A DNA stretch of 59,539 nt from Octopus bimaculoides (lineage: Eukaryota): assembly GCF_001194135.2 (NCBI RefSeq), contig NC_068990.1:60064051-60123589 (forward strand), read 5' to 3'. A model generated the notes under the pieces. The model did not search any database and was not told where the DNA came from. It saw nothing but the letters and a program-made list of their open reading frames with translations. Positions 1 to 11,677 of this stretch are shown one piece after another. Each line of letters begins with the position of its first letter. The stretch's first letter is position 1. Made by a program: the position numbers and the translations under genes.

Positions 1-17
1 ATATATATATATATAAA

Positions 18-170
18 GGGCTTCTTTCAGTTTCCATCTACAACATCTGCTCATAAGGCTTTGGCCAGCCCAAGGCTATTGCAGAAGACGTTTATCAAAG
101 CTGCCACACAGTGGGACTGAACCCAGAACCATATGGTTGGGAGGTAAGCTTCTTACGACATAGCCATGCC
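18..170 (-). mobile_element. SINE family A (tRNA-derived, CORE-like), head portion
   Basis: Reverse strand shows an A-box-like TGGCTATGTCG and a B-box-like GGTTTCAGTCC, then the CORE-like segment; homologous to more than ten other copies in the window. Confidence 0.8.
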
Positions 171-489
171 ACATGTTAACTTTCTTCTTTTACTTGTCTC
201 TAAATTCATTAAATTGTCCGTAAAAAAAAAATAATAAAAATTTCCACTTCACAAATATTGATGTTTTGGTGCAGAATAACTATGATGATGATGATGATGA
301 TGACGACGACAATTCTTACTAATCTTACTGGTCGACTTTGCCTTTCTACCTTCTAAGATCAATAAAGTAGTACTAACTAAGTACTAAGATCAATTCAATT
401 GACTATATTCTTTACCTATACATCAGTGACCTTGTGACAATATTAGGAAACAATATTACTGTTAGGGCAGTAAATGGCCAAATCAGAAC

Positions 490-888
490 ACAATCATCAT
501 CATCATCATCATCATCATTATCATCACCGTTGTTTTCATTGTCATCATCATAATCATCATTGTCATTATCATTGCTGTTGTTGTGTTGTCATCGTCGTCA
601 TGGTTATCCTCCTCCTCCTCCTCCTCCTCCTCCTCCTCCTCCCATCTTCCCTTGCTTGTTGTTGTGTCACTGTCATTGTTGCCACCACCACCACCACTAT
701 CATCATCATTATCATTATTATCTTCGTCATTTTAATCCTCCTCCTCCCATCTTTCCCTACTTGTTGTTGTTATTACCGTTGTTGCCACCACCACCACCAC
801 CACCACCACCACCACCATTATTATCATCGTCATTGTAATCCTCCTCCTCCTCCTCCTCCTCCTCCTCATCATCATCATCATCACCTCA
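490..888. repeat. Trinucleotide mosaic (CAT/CCT/CAC/GTT) with a duplicated ~120-bp unit
   Basis: The block cctcctcccatctt...cttgttgttgt...gttgccaccaccacc...atcgtcatt.taat occurs twice; it explains ORFs 474-938 and 560-838. Confidence 0.9.
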
Positions 889-1109
889 TCTTTAAACCCA
901 CATTTTCCATGCTGGAATGCATTGTGAGAGAACTATAAACATGAAAGAGAGGTAGTGAGAGATGTTACACAATATATGAATGAGAGTTATTAAAATCCTT
1001 TGGGAGTCAATGAAATAGGTACCAGCTGAGCACTGGGGTTGAAGTAATCAGCTTACCCCTTCCCTCTAAAATTGCTGGTCTTGTGTCAAAATTTAAAACA
1101 TCATCATCA

Positions 1110-1376
1110 TAGTAAAGAATGTTTGCCAACATAACATGGTAGTCCTGGTTTAGGACTAAGTTGCTGTAATTTAAGCCCCAGGAGACATGTCTCCAGCTGG
1201 CTATACGACACGATCTGTGTCCTTATATGATCTATGTCCTATACGACATGATCTGGTTTGTTCCATTAGAACCAATGTGGAGTTGTTTGATATGAGAAGT
1301 GTCCTGGGGCTAAAATTACAGCAACATTAGCCCTAAACCAGGACTGCCATGTTATGTTGGCAAACAATCTTTACTA
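1110..1376. mobile_element. MITE with ~80-bp terminal inverted repeats, TA-flanked
   Basis: Left arm tagtaaagaatgtttgccaacataacatggtagtcctggtttagg... is the reverse complement of the right arm ...cctaaaccaggactgccatgttatgttggcaaacaatctttacta; TA at both ends. Confidence 0.9.
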
Positions 1377-1449
1377 CAAAGTACTGTTGCTGAATATCTC
1401 ATGTTGTGCGATTTTAAAAATGGTAATTTTCTAATTGTCATCATAATCA

Positions 1450-1790
1450 CCATCATTTAGCATCTGTTTTCCATGCTGGCACAGGCTGGACAGTTTGACA
1501 GGAGCCAGCAAGGGCAGGAGTCATGCCAAGTTCCATCGTCTGTTTTGGCTTGGTTTCTACAGCTGAATGTCCTCCCTAACGCTAACCTCTTTACAGAGGG
1601 TGCTGGGTGCTTTTTATGTGGCACTATCTCCAGTTATTTTTTTATGTGGAACTAGCACCAGTGCTTTTTATGTGGCACCAGCACCAACAGGGTCACCAAC
1701 TACCTTGCAAGACAACAACCACTCAACTGGAAGATGGGGCAGCAGTATTGAGGAGGTTTTGCTTTGTGCCAGTTGAGAGTTTTAAGCTAT
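1450..1790 (-). mobile_element. SINE-like family C (RTE-type 3' tail, (GAT)n end)
   Basis: Reverse homology to the well-preserved copy at 34375-34645. Confidence 0.75.
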
Positions 1791-2039
1791 AGAAGAGACA
1801 GATATAGGTGTCTTTCTGTAGAGTAGATACATGGTGGTTACTCCAGTTAGAACCACTATTATTATTATTTTTTTCAACTCAAATTTTGTTGGAACTCCTG
1901 AAGACTTGCATATGTATTGGCCTTGCTACCTGCAGCTTATGGTACCATGCTATCTGTTCTTTTCAACTTTTCTGATTATTCTGGCCATGTCAAAGAGGCA
2001 AACAGCTTTATTATAATTATTTTTATTATTATTCAGTAG

Positions 2040-2550
2040 TCTTATTTTTATCACATGCTTTCACTGCACTGCCGAGTGCAGCTCTGTGTGCCTTGGGTAT
2101 GTGCTGTGGCTTGTTGTGATGCTCTTATTTTTAATGTATTGAAAGTGTCTTATGTAAGATGTGTGCAGTATCTAGTAGTGCTATTTTCTGTATGTTATAT
2201 CTATTTGTTAGTCCTGGTATTTTTGTTATGTATTTGTCTGAATATTTTTTTTTTATCATACCTAATGTGCCTACTATGATAGGAATTGTTTTTGTTTTTT
2301 AGACTCCACATTCGAGTTACCTCTATTTCCAGGTCTTTATATTTTGAAAATTTCTCCATTTCTTTTTGAGAAACATTGTCATCTGTTAGTATTGATACAT
2401 CGATTAGGAAATTTTTTTTTTCCTGATCTCTGATGACTATATCCAGCCTATACTGGTCTTAATTTCTCTACATGTGTGTATTGGTATATCCTATAGGATG
2501 GTTGCTTTCCCATTTTCTGTGACCTTTCCTGGCATATGCCTATATCATAT
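2040..2550 (-). mobile_element. R4/Dong-like non-LTR retrotransposon 3' fragment (restriction-like endonuclease region plus 3' UTR)
   Basis: Minus-strand remnant ENGKATIL.DIPI...LIDVSILTDDNVSQKEMEKFSKYKDLEIEVTRMW, similar to 22455-23200; abuts (AAT)n. Confidence 0.75.
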
Positions 2551-2568
2551 TTTTTCTGTTGTTATTCC

Positions 2569-2727
<159 letters not shown>

Positions 2728-2930
2728 CGAGCAGTGAGCTGATAGAATCATTCTTATGCCAGGCTAAATGCTTAGCAGCATTTCATCTGTCCTTATGCTC
2801 TGAGTTCAAATTCTGCTGAGGTTGACTTTGCTTTTCAACCTTTCAAGGTTGATGAAATAAGTACTAATTGCATACTGGGGTCAGAGGTATTGACTAGCCC
2901 ACTCATCAAAATTTCAGGCCTTGTGCACAA
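2728..2930 (+). mobile_element. SINE family B (tRNA-derived)
   Basis: gagcagtgagctgatagaatc...ctgagttcaaattctgctgaggttgactttgc; homologous to 9910, 13400, 31583 and 52885. Confidence 0.8.
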
Positions 2931-3054
2931 CATGGTGATCTCAGATCAATATTAACAGCGCAATCATCATCATCATCAATTACAAAATCTTACCAAGAAA
3001 ATGAATTAGGTTTTGAACATCCTCTTAGCTACTTCATCCTCATTATCATTATCA

Positions 3055-3380
3055 TTTTCATCTAACTTCTATTTTCATGCTGGCATGGGTGGAACAGTTC
3101 AACAAAAGCTGACAAACTGATTGATCACAACAAGTTTCAATGTCTGTTTTGGGATACTTTTATGGCTGAATACCCTTCATAATGCCAACCACTTTATAGA
3201 GTGTACTGGGCATCTTTTGCATGACACTGGCACTTGAGGACACCCAGTAACTCACAAGTCAAGACACCTTTAACTGAGAGGTAGAATAATTTGTATTGAC
3301 AGAGATGGATTTATGCCAGGTGGTGAGAAGTTCAAGCACGACAGAAGAACAGGAACAGTTGTCTTACAGTAGAGATGACA
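3055..3380 (-). mobile_element. SINE-like family C
   Basis: ttttcatgctggcatggg...cccttcataatgccaaccact homology. Confidence 0.7.
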
Positions 3381-3384
3381 CATT

Positions 3385-3632
3385 CTTTTATTCTCTTATT
3401 CTTTTACACATTTCAGTCATTTTGTCTGCAGCCATGCTGGAGCACCACCTTGAAGGGTTTTAGGCGAACAAATTGACCCCAGGACTTATTCTTTGTAAGC
3501 CTAGTACTTATTCTATCTCTTATGCTGAACTACTAAGTTACAGGGATGTAAACACACTAACACTGGTTGTCAGCAGTGGTGGGGGACAAACACAGACACA
3601 AAGACACACACACACAGATATACATACATACT

Positions 3633-3666
<34 letters not shown>

Positions 3667-3690
3667 TACATACATACATACATACATACA
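3385..3690 (-). mobile_element. SINE family A tail plus internal CA/TACA microsatellite
   Basis: cagtcatt...gcagccatgctggagcaccaccttgaagg...gggggacaaacacagacac homology. Confidence 0.8.
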
Positions 3691-3863
3691 TCCCGAGCGT
3701 CATACTAATACATCCTTTTGTTATTTACACCACCTGTCCTCGTCTGTTGTTGTTTTTTCGTATATTCTCCCATAAAACAAATAATAAATGAGTATATGCA
3801 TATATACGTACAGGTATGTGCATACCTACGTCTACCTGTATATATAGGTGCATATCTGGGTAC

Positions 3864-3904
<41 letters not shown>

Positions 3905-3915
3905 TCATGTATATA

Positions 3916-5730
3916 CAGGATGCGATGGATAAATTGTAACCATTTTATATTCTTTATTTTGCATATGAATATTGTTTGTTTTTTATTTTGTCAATTACAC
4001 AGTATAATAGGGTCAGTTGGGTACCATCTGTGAGAAAAACACTGCCATGATGCAATTCACTCTGCCAGAAATTTGGAAACAACATGCTGTAAGGCTTGGC
4101 ATTCATGCCAAAAGTTCCAATACAAACATTTCAGTGAGTTTGGGTGTCAAAGACAGTGCATGTACTGAGAGTGATAAAAATCAAACATCCAATCAACATC
4201 ATGGTGTTTGAAGTGATCACTAGTGATGGTGACATTATGCCTCCATTCATCTTCCCACATGGCCTCAGACTCAACATGGAGGCCTACATCAATTGTCTGG
4301 AGGAGGTAGTGCTGCCCTGGGTCAAGAGGGTGGCTGCTAGAAGATCGTGTGTCTGGCAACAGGACTCTGCAACATGCTACACATGCAGGAGAACCCAGTC
4401 ATGGCTGTCCGATAATTTCTGTGACCACATCACCCCTAACGTCTGGCCACCTAACTCCCCAGACTACAACCCCTTTGATTATTATGTGTGGGGCACAATT
4501 GAGCGAGTGATCAACAAAACTGCTTGTAACACCTGTAGTGTAGATTCTATATATACGTGCATTCGAATGTAGCAGGGACCAACTGGCCTTCAGCCGCAGT
4601 TTGTATCCCACTGTGTCCACTACTCTGATTGGTGGTATTGATGCAGTTTGTCTCCTACTCTGTTGTGCCAACTGACCATGGATAGCCAGTCAGAAACTTT
4701 AGATAGCATCACGTGAACAACCTTTTTTGGACCCTTTTTGAGCCTACTGCTCCCTATTAAAACCCATCTTTTTCTTCATTGTATGTCTTTGGTTCCTGAT
4801 CTTTTTAGGTTAAGCCACTGACCACGAAGACACAGCCAGTTCCAGCGATGATACCACAGCAGCCATGTTAAGACTTACCAACTTCGTCCAACAGCATTAT
4901 GGCCTTCTCCTTCTTTGTCGCCACCATCATGTTTTCAATGTCTTCAACATAATCTCTCTACGTACACAGCTCAGCAAACAACTCATCCAAGTTACAACAC
5001 TTTTGTGTTCATGAATTACTTTACCATGGATCAACAGTGAATATACAACCTGCAAGAATTCTTGTACCAAGTGACCTAGCAGCAGCATCACAGCCACAAC
5101 TTCATGTACGACATGTACCTGCAACCAGCTCAGCATCATGGCTGTGACTTCTTGATACAGTATTTCAACTACCGTGTACTAATGCCTATGAACTGGTATT
5201 ATTTATCTTACTTGTGTCTATGAATATCCTTCTTACTTCTCTTTATAGACTCTTTCACTGTCTACTCCTCAACATCCTTAAATGTACACAACACGCACAC
5301 ACATCCAAGCCTATACACACATATACGCATAAACTTTCTTCTCATGACGGCCTGTCTATTATTCTGTATACATGATGCACACATAGACACACATGTTATT
5401 ACATCAATAAATCTTCTCTTAATCATTCAATGTAGTCATGTCTTCTCTTTTCTCTCTGGCACTTATATGTACTGTTCAATTTTATATTCATTGTATCGAC
5501 CATGTGATGTACTAAAGAGCAATTCTCATCACCTCGCATCACTCAGTCCTGACACACCAAAGATGAACTGAAGGCAAGGATTATGACAGCATTCACCAAC
5601 TTAAACAAGGAGACCATCCAGAAAAGTTGCAGGAGATTCTGAAGTTCTCTGGAGTCCGTTGTTGAAGCTGATGGCAATTTTATTGAATAAATTTACTCTT
5701 TAGTATTTCAAAATATTTTAATGTAATTTT

Positions 5731-5764
<34 letters not shown>

Positions 5765-5831
5765 AAAATGAGATGTCAGTGTTATTTTCAATTTTGCATA
5801 ATTTAAATGACAATATGTTCACTGCACCCTG
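3916..5831 (+). mobile_element. Internally deleted Tc1/mariner-superfamily transposon, DD37D (maT) type, interrupted by a solo LTR
   Basis: TIR-like ends caggatgcgatggataaattgt / gacaatatgttcactgcaccctg with TA flanks. The remnant WQQD...WPPNSPDYNPFDYYVWG has 37 residues between the last two Asp. Same family as 50268-51092. Confidence 0.9.
4534..5554 (+). mobile_element. Solo LTR (1021 bp), probably Ty3/gypsy-type
   Basis: TGT...ACA termini with a 4-bp TSD CACC (4530-4533, 5555-5558). Removing it restores cttgtaacaccaaagatgaactg as in the uninterrupted copy near 50500. AATAAA at 5406-5411. Confidence 0.85.
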
Positions 5832-5910
5832 TATATATGAGTGAGCAGACAAATGAAAGAAGGGCACTCAAAACATTTATTGGGAGTTATTTGTACAGAT
5901 TAAAACAGTT

Positions 5911-6090
5911 TAATTCAGCCTACTTGGTACTCTGAGTTTCAAGTATGTGGCTAGTCTTCCACCATTGAGGGTCTGATCCCAATGGCTGAAGACTATCTAC
6001 ACACTTAGACTCCTTGGTAATCTGAGTTTCAAGTATGTGGCTAGTCTTTGGCTATTGGGGTCTGACTCCAATGGCCAAAGACAGCTACTG
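5911..6090. repeat. Two-copy 90-bp tandem repeat, each unit carrying a hairpin
   Basis: TCTGAGTTTCAAGTATGTGGCTAGTCTT is identical at 5931 and 6021; hairpins at 5954-5993 and 6044-6082. Confidence 0.9.
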
Positions 6091-8580
6091 ATCTTGTAAT
6101 GAGCAAAATAGCTAGTTCTAAAATCTCTAAACAAGATATAAGTAGTAACAATACTAGACAGTAGCAATACTAGATGGTAACGAGACCAGCGGCTGTCTGC
6201 TGCTTCACTGTTTATATATTGTGAGCAGGGACTTAAATGGTTAAGCACCAGGTCAGGTTATATAAAGGGAATCATGTATATTATGAAATCATTGGAACAA
6301 ATAGCTACATACTGAAGTATTGATAGATTATTATTTCAGTTATATCTATAATTAACTGTACCTAACTGAGTATGTTATAAGTCTCAAGGATGTATATAGG
6401 AGCACATTGCACCAACTGTACTGCACTTAATAGACTCTAGATCCGACTTCATAGGAAATTCTGGTTAAAGTGAATAATTTTTAAAATAACATGAATAATG
6501 GTTCATTCTCTACAGCTGTTTCTAATGAATTTTTAACAAAGATATTACAACATAATATCACTTCATGATTCCCTAACTAATCATGAAGTGGCACAAACTG
6601 GTGACTTTTGGAATGTTTTAAATGTGTAATTCATCTGATGAAAACATTTTTTTTTTCAGGATGTAATGTCTCTGTTCATCAGTTAAAAAGTTTGTTGGAA
6701 ACAACTATAGTGAATGAACCATTATCCATCTGTTGTTATTTGTGTATGTGTGTGTGTGTGTGTATGTGTGTGTGATGTGCAGTGTGTGTGTGTGTGAGCA
6801 TGTGTGTGTATTATTATTTAAAATCGTTTGATTCAGCTCCATGCCAAATATGTGTGTGTATGTAAGTATATGTATGTATGTATATATATAAGTAAATATT
6901 TAAGTGTATATATAAGTATGTGTATATGTATGTATATATCCATATATGTATATATGGATATATACATTAACAAAGAGAATAGAGTGAGTAATTCATTTTA
7001 TTACATAATTCTATATAATTCTAAAGCTGAGACTCATATTAAAAAATTACACACACACACACACAACAAGAAGCAAAACAACAATATTACAAATGGACAA
7101 GATAAGAGAAATATCTCACTCAAGCTTAAATGATTTTAAAAACAATTTTCAACAGCATATTGAGTATAGTGAAAACAGTTGTGTTAAACGTTATATAATT
7201 GATCCTCATTTTGTAAACATAAATGAATTGTATTTAGATGACAGTATGTGATGTTCAGAAATGGAGTAAAGAATGTGAAAGAAACAGAAATATTAGTGAT
7301 GTATATTTGTAGAACACCTTGAACATAATGTTTTCACTTATTTATATCAAAATTTTCAACATTACAATGGGGATGGAACTAAGTTCTGAAAATCTTATAA
7401 TTTAAATAGCGTCTGTTGGAAGTATTTTAACAGCTTCATGTCTTTCCTACCACTTGCCACTTACTTGTCAATTGGGATTGGTCGTTATTTGCAGATTCAA
7501 AGATTTTGGAAAATAGAATGATGTGCCTTGAAGTGAGGTTTGAACTTATATAAATGTAATACATTTTGAAATTCATTCCAGATAAGGATTAAAAAATGCA
7601 TCTAAACAAAAATAGAAAAAATATAATCAAGAAAATGAAGAAATTATGAAAATATTTAAGAAAAAGAATTTTGGCTGTATTCATGTATTTCTAAATTATA
7701 TTTAGTGTGGTTGTGTTTGTTATACATATAAAGGAAATTTTAGAATTTGTGTTTTTGCTACTGATTATTATAAAGTTAAAACTGGTGATTAAATATCGAG
7801 TCAGAAAGATGGATAATTTTTACTTTGGGCATAAGGTATTCCATACTTTTTGAAGACAATTTCCGGATATTTGTTTCAAAATTGAACAACAATACATATG
7901 CAATTCATAAAGTTTTGTTTATAAATTCTTTGAAATATCAAAATATTTCTTATTTTCATTGAAATGTGAATTATCTTTGTTTACATGATTAATTGAAAGG
8001 ATACTGAACACAATATATATTTCCACAGGTGATTGAATGTTCTCTATGTAAACAATAACATTATTATTTTCTTTTTGAGATAATGGTTAACTAAAAGCAA
8101 TCCAGTTGTTCTTATTTAGAAAAGTATTATAATTGAATATTACAGTTCAAATTATTGAAAGCTCCGCTATAAAATTATATGGCCAACAATTGAAATACCT
8201 TACCTTTGAAACTTCTAATGGCTTTCTGTCTATTAGCCTAACAATACCCGTGCATTATACCCACCATAAGAGATATTTTAGGCAGTTCCTGATATTTTTG
8301 TCTTCTGTGTGTGAAGTGTGTTGCTGAGTGTAGTTGCTCATTGTATTCAATGTTTTTAATGTTTGTAGTAAGAAGGGAAAGCATTACTTTTAGTGTACTT
8401 GTTTGGAGCCAGCTTTCTTTGTAGTTGATGTAGTATTGCAGTAGTTATTGAGGAAATGATGGAAGGTGGGGAGATAAGAGTGATAAGTCCAATGATTAAC
8501 ATTATTGTAATCAATTTAGCAAGTTTGGGAGACAATGTCAAACATGTTTTGGTCTCATTAGATTTTCTTAGGCAAGCTTG

Positions 8581-9142
8581 CAAGGTCTAATGAAAAAAAA
8601 TTGTAACTGGTGCTATAAAAGGTAAACTATAATGCATATCAATTCAATTTTTAATCTCCTTCAAAGCATCCCCCTTCTGAAGCCACACACTTTATCTAGT
8701 GATGTTTTCATTGATGGAAGCATTACTGGAACTCCCTTTTTCAGTATAGGGAGCAGATGTCTCATCACACTCATCTGGATTTCCATGACATCTTGAAATC
8801 GTATGCCTTTCAAGTGGATTTCGATTTTTGCCTTGGTTTCAAAGTCATAGCCATACACCCATGATTCATCGCTCTGTTCTGATTTTCAAAACGTTTCCAG
8901 GATCCTCAACACAATCAAGGAGATCCTGCGCAGCTGAAACCTTATATTCTTTTTGAGACGACCACACTCTACACACTTTACTTCCAAGCATTGCTATAAG
9001 CAATGTAAGTGAGCAAGAACATTATGAATTAGTATGCATGAATGACAGAGTTTAAAGTTGATCTGTACTAAGTGACTTCACTCTGCACTACTTTAGTTCT
9101 GTTACCGTAGCAAGACTCCTGATGCATTTTGATCAGACCTCG
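8581..9142 (-). mobile_element. Internally deleted mariner (DD34D-type) element
   Basis: Minus-strand DESWVYGYDFETK fused to the C-terminal HLKGIRFQDVMEIQ...KCVASEGGCFEGD*; TIR (ta)cgaggtctgatcaaaa at 9142 and a degenerate (tg)caaggtctaatgaaaa at 8581. Confidence 0.85.
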
Positions 9143-9909
9143 TAGACTTATGTGTAATTGCTGAAATAGTGAAGGAAGAATCACTAAATGATGGTTCAAT
9201 ACTATATACAAGTAGGTTTGGAAAATTAACATATTTAAAATAGTAAATTACTGAAAGAAATTACTCAACTGTATGGTAAACTGTAATTAAGAAATGGATA
9301 ACATATTTGAAGTAGTGATCCTATAAAAAGCTTAATTAAAAATAATTACACAGTGAGGAAAAATAGCATTAGCTCGATAACTAATATCATTTTAATAATT
9401 TCAGTGAATATAACAAACTTGACAGAGTCTATTTTTTGCTGAGGAGTTCTAAGGAGTTCAAAGCAAACTCAGATTTGTCTCTTGTACTTATCAAAATGTT
9501 TAGTCAATTAGTCAATAAGCTAATGCTGCATTTTTCACACCATCAAGTTATTTTTAATTACAAGTTTAATACACACTAAATTAAATATGTTAACACTAGC
9601 TTCACTGTTATTTTCATCTGGATGGAATTTTTGTGATTGTTTTTCATGACATTGTTAAGTAATCTTAAATGATGCTCTTGAGCAAACCACTTTATCTCTG
9701 TGATCACTTTGATACCTGACACATGGCAACTGTACACCCGTTCAGGCAAACGTCCATTTGATGGAGGGAATAAACTAATGTACTGCACATACAGTTGATC
9801 ACTTTAAGCAAATCATTTGTGCCGGTCATTCAGCAAAAAAGCTGAACACTCATACATAATCTTTGACGAGAGAGTCCATCAACATCATCATCATCATCAT
9901 CATTATTAA

Positions 9910-10117
9910 GGCAGCGAGCTGGCAGAATTGTTAGCATGGGTGAAATGCTTAACGGTATTTTTCCTGTTGTTACATTCTGAGTTCAAGTTTTGCTGAGATA
10001 GACTTAGCCTTTTATCTTTTTGGGGTCAATAAATTAAGCACCAGTTGAGTACTGGAGTCGATGTAATCGACTTAACCCCTCCCCACAAATTTCAGGCTTG
10101 TGCCTATAGCAGAAAGG

Positions 10118-10157
<40 letters not shown>
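9910..10157 (+). mobile_element. SINE family B with (ATT)n tail
   Basis: ggcagcgagctggcagaattg...ctgagttcaag...gtcgatgtaatcgacttaacc, then (att)n. Confidence 0.85.
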
Positions 10158-10158
<1 letters not shown>

Positions 10159-10694
10159 TGATTGAGAGAGCAGTGTGTGCCATCAAAGTAAAATATACGA
10201 AGTCTGGTATATCCATCATGGCTACCCGTCTGACAAAGGTACATCAGGCACATGCATCACAACCACATGTGTGTGACATGATGATCTCATATCAAGATAA
10301 ACAGTGCATGACCTTGCAGGTGGGGCCCAGTTAGAATTTTCTTCAGGTCGAGTAGCCTATCCTGCTCAAAAGGTCTCTGAATAAGGATTGTTTAAGGATG
10401 TTGAACGAAACACCCATGTTTCCAGAGGTGAATTATCCAAACCCCAAAGAATTCCTCTCAACACGTGGCTATGATGCTCCCTCACTACTTCTGCTCATGA
10501 TCAGACATGCACATATCGTCAGTCACTAAGGGGTATGTTCAACTGATTAAAGTCAAACAACTGACAAGCACAGTTCTATATTTAAGAGACGAGGAATTAT
10601 GTATATTATTTGCATCATTTACATTTGACGGATATTTGTCCTCATCTTGTTTGTTGTTAACACAACACTTTGCAAATATTTCCTTCGAGTAAAA

Positions 10695-11035
10695 CCACCA
10701 ATAGAAGAGAATATGAACAAAAACTGTGTGTACTCCATTCGATGCAGCTGTGGTAGATTATGCAAAGGTGAAACATGCTCCCTCAAAATAAGGGTAGACG
10801 AACATTGCAAAGCTGTGACACGAGATGATATTGATAAATCGGGTATAGCTGATCATGTATGGAAAAATGGAGATCACATCCCCCTGTGGGAGGAAGTTAA
10901 AATAATAGACAGAGAGCACCACTGGAAAATATGAAAACTAAAAGACACAGCACATATGCTAGGATACAACAACCTCTTAAGCAGACTGAGTGCAAATATG
11001 AATAGCATATGGGAACCAGTATTAAGGAAAGATAG
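10695..11035 (+). pseudogene. GIY-YIG endonuclease remnant of the Penelope-like element
   Basis: KNCVYSIRCSCGRLCKGET...LKIRVDEH...KSGIADHVWKNGDHIPLWEEVKIIDREHHWKI*, with an in-frame stop. Confidence 0.85.
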
Positions 11036-11085
11036 GAAAATATTAGATTTATAAGCCCTAAAATCCACTCCATAATTGCCCTCGG

Positions 11086-11158
11086 GCATATGGCATAGTG
11101 GTTAAGAGCATGGGCTACTAACCCCAAGATTCTGAGTTCGATTCCAGGCAGTGACCTG
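11086..11158 (+). promoter_or_regulatory. tRNA-like Pol III internal promoter (A and B boxes)
   Basis: A box TGGCATAGTGG (11091-11101); B box GAGTTCGATTCC (11134-11145). Confidence 0.65.
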
Positions 11159-11236
11159 AATAATAATAATAATAATAATAATAACAACATTGAAAGATAC
11201 CTTAGGATTGAGAACTCAGGTTCGAAATTTCTCCAA

Positions 11237-11278
11237 GACACCTGATGATGGCTGGTATATCAGCCGAAATGTTGTGCT
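11237..11278 (+). ncRNA. Minimal type I hammerhead ribozyme motif (degenerate)
   Basis: GACAC-CTGATGA-T-GGCTG(gtatat)CAGCC-GAAA-TGTT-GTGCT; the inverted arm preserves the matching GTGTT for stem I. Confidence 0.6.
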
Positions 11279-11677
11279 AACAACAAACAAGATGAGGACA
11301 GTTATCCGTCAAATGTAAATAATATTTACTGTAGCCCATCTTTTATACCAAGACAAAACAGTGTACATGACAACACTTCCAATCAATTATCGGAAGACAT
11401 GAGAGCCACTGCCTGGTACTGCATACGGGCATTTATTGTTGTTGTTGTTATTATTATTATTAATATCATCATTATTATTATTATTATTATTTCACTTCTC
11501 AGAGCTCACACTTTCATTTGCTTTGGATAATTCTGTGAGAACAGACAGTAACCTGAGGTCAAAGGTATCACAAGGTTTCTTTCTGTAGCACTTAACATCC
11601 AAGTACCAATCTCAGGATATTTACTATCCCCAACAAAGCAGTTTTCTGAACATGTTCTACCTTCATATCAATTATTA

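Larger units (their letters stand above)
10572..11323 (+). mobile_element. Penelope-like element 3' fragment with an inverted pseudo-LTR arm
   Basis: GIY-YIG remnant. The arm at 10572-10667 is the reverse complement of the 3' end (11270-11323 over the shared part). A hammerhead motif is present. Confidence 0.85.
10160..11430 (-). mobile_element. Unclassified ~570-bp interspersed repeat (family E), split by the Penelope-like insertion (parts 10160-10571 and 11324-11430)
   Basis: Both parts are collinear in reverse with the intact copy at 18200-18775. Confidence 0.8.

Noticed and set aside
474-938. His/Pro/Leu-rich ORFs, and similar C/V/Y/I/H/T-rich ORFs across the window
   Set aside because: Translations of tri- and dinucleotide microsatellites with no independent coding signal.
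5911-6090. CRISPR-like repeat-spacer reading of the 90-bp tandem
   Set aside because: Only two units, the inter-repeat parts are homologous to each other, the context is eukaryotic and there are no cas genes.
6660-6690. Acceptor followed by GCNVSVHQ, resembling the PHD motif GCxVAVHQ
   Set aside because: The frame continues LKS rather than xCYG, there is no convincing donor, and no further PHD exons were found.
8018-8034. tttccacag|GTGATT as a recursive splice site or VIECSLCKQ exon
   Set aside because: Short pyrimidine tract and imperfect donor; expected by chance.
11086-11158. tRNA gene (also the other SINE heads)
   Set aside because: A and B boxes are present but there is no complete cloverleaf or acceptor stem; these are repeat-derived heads.
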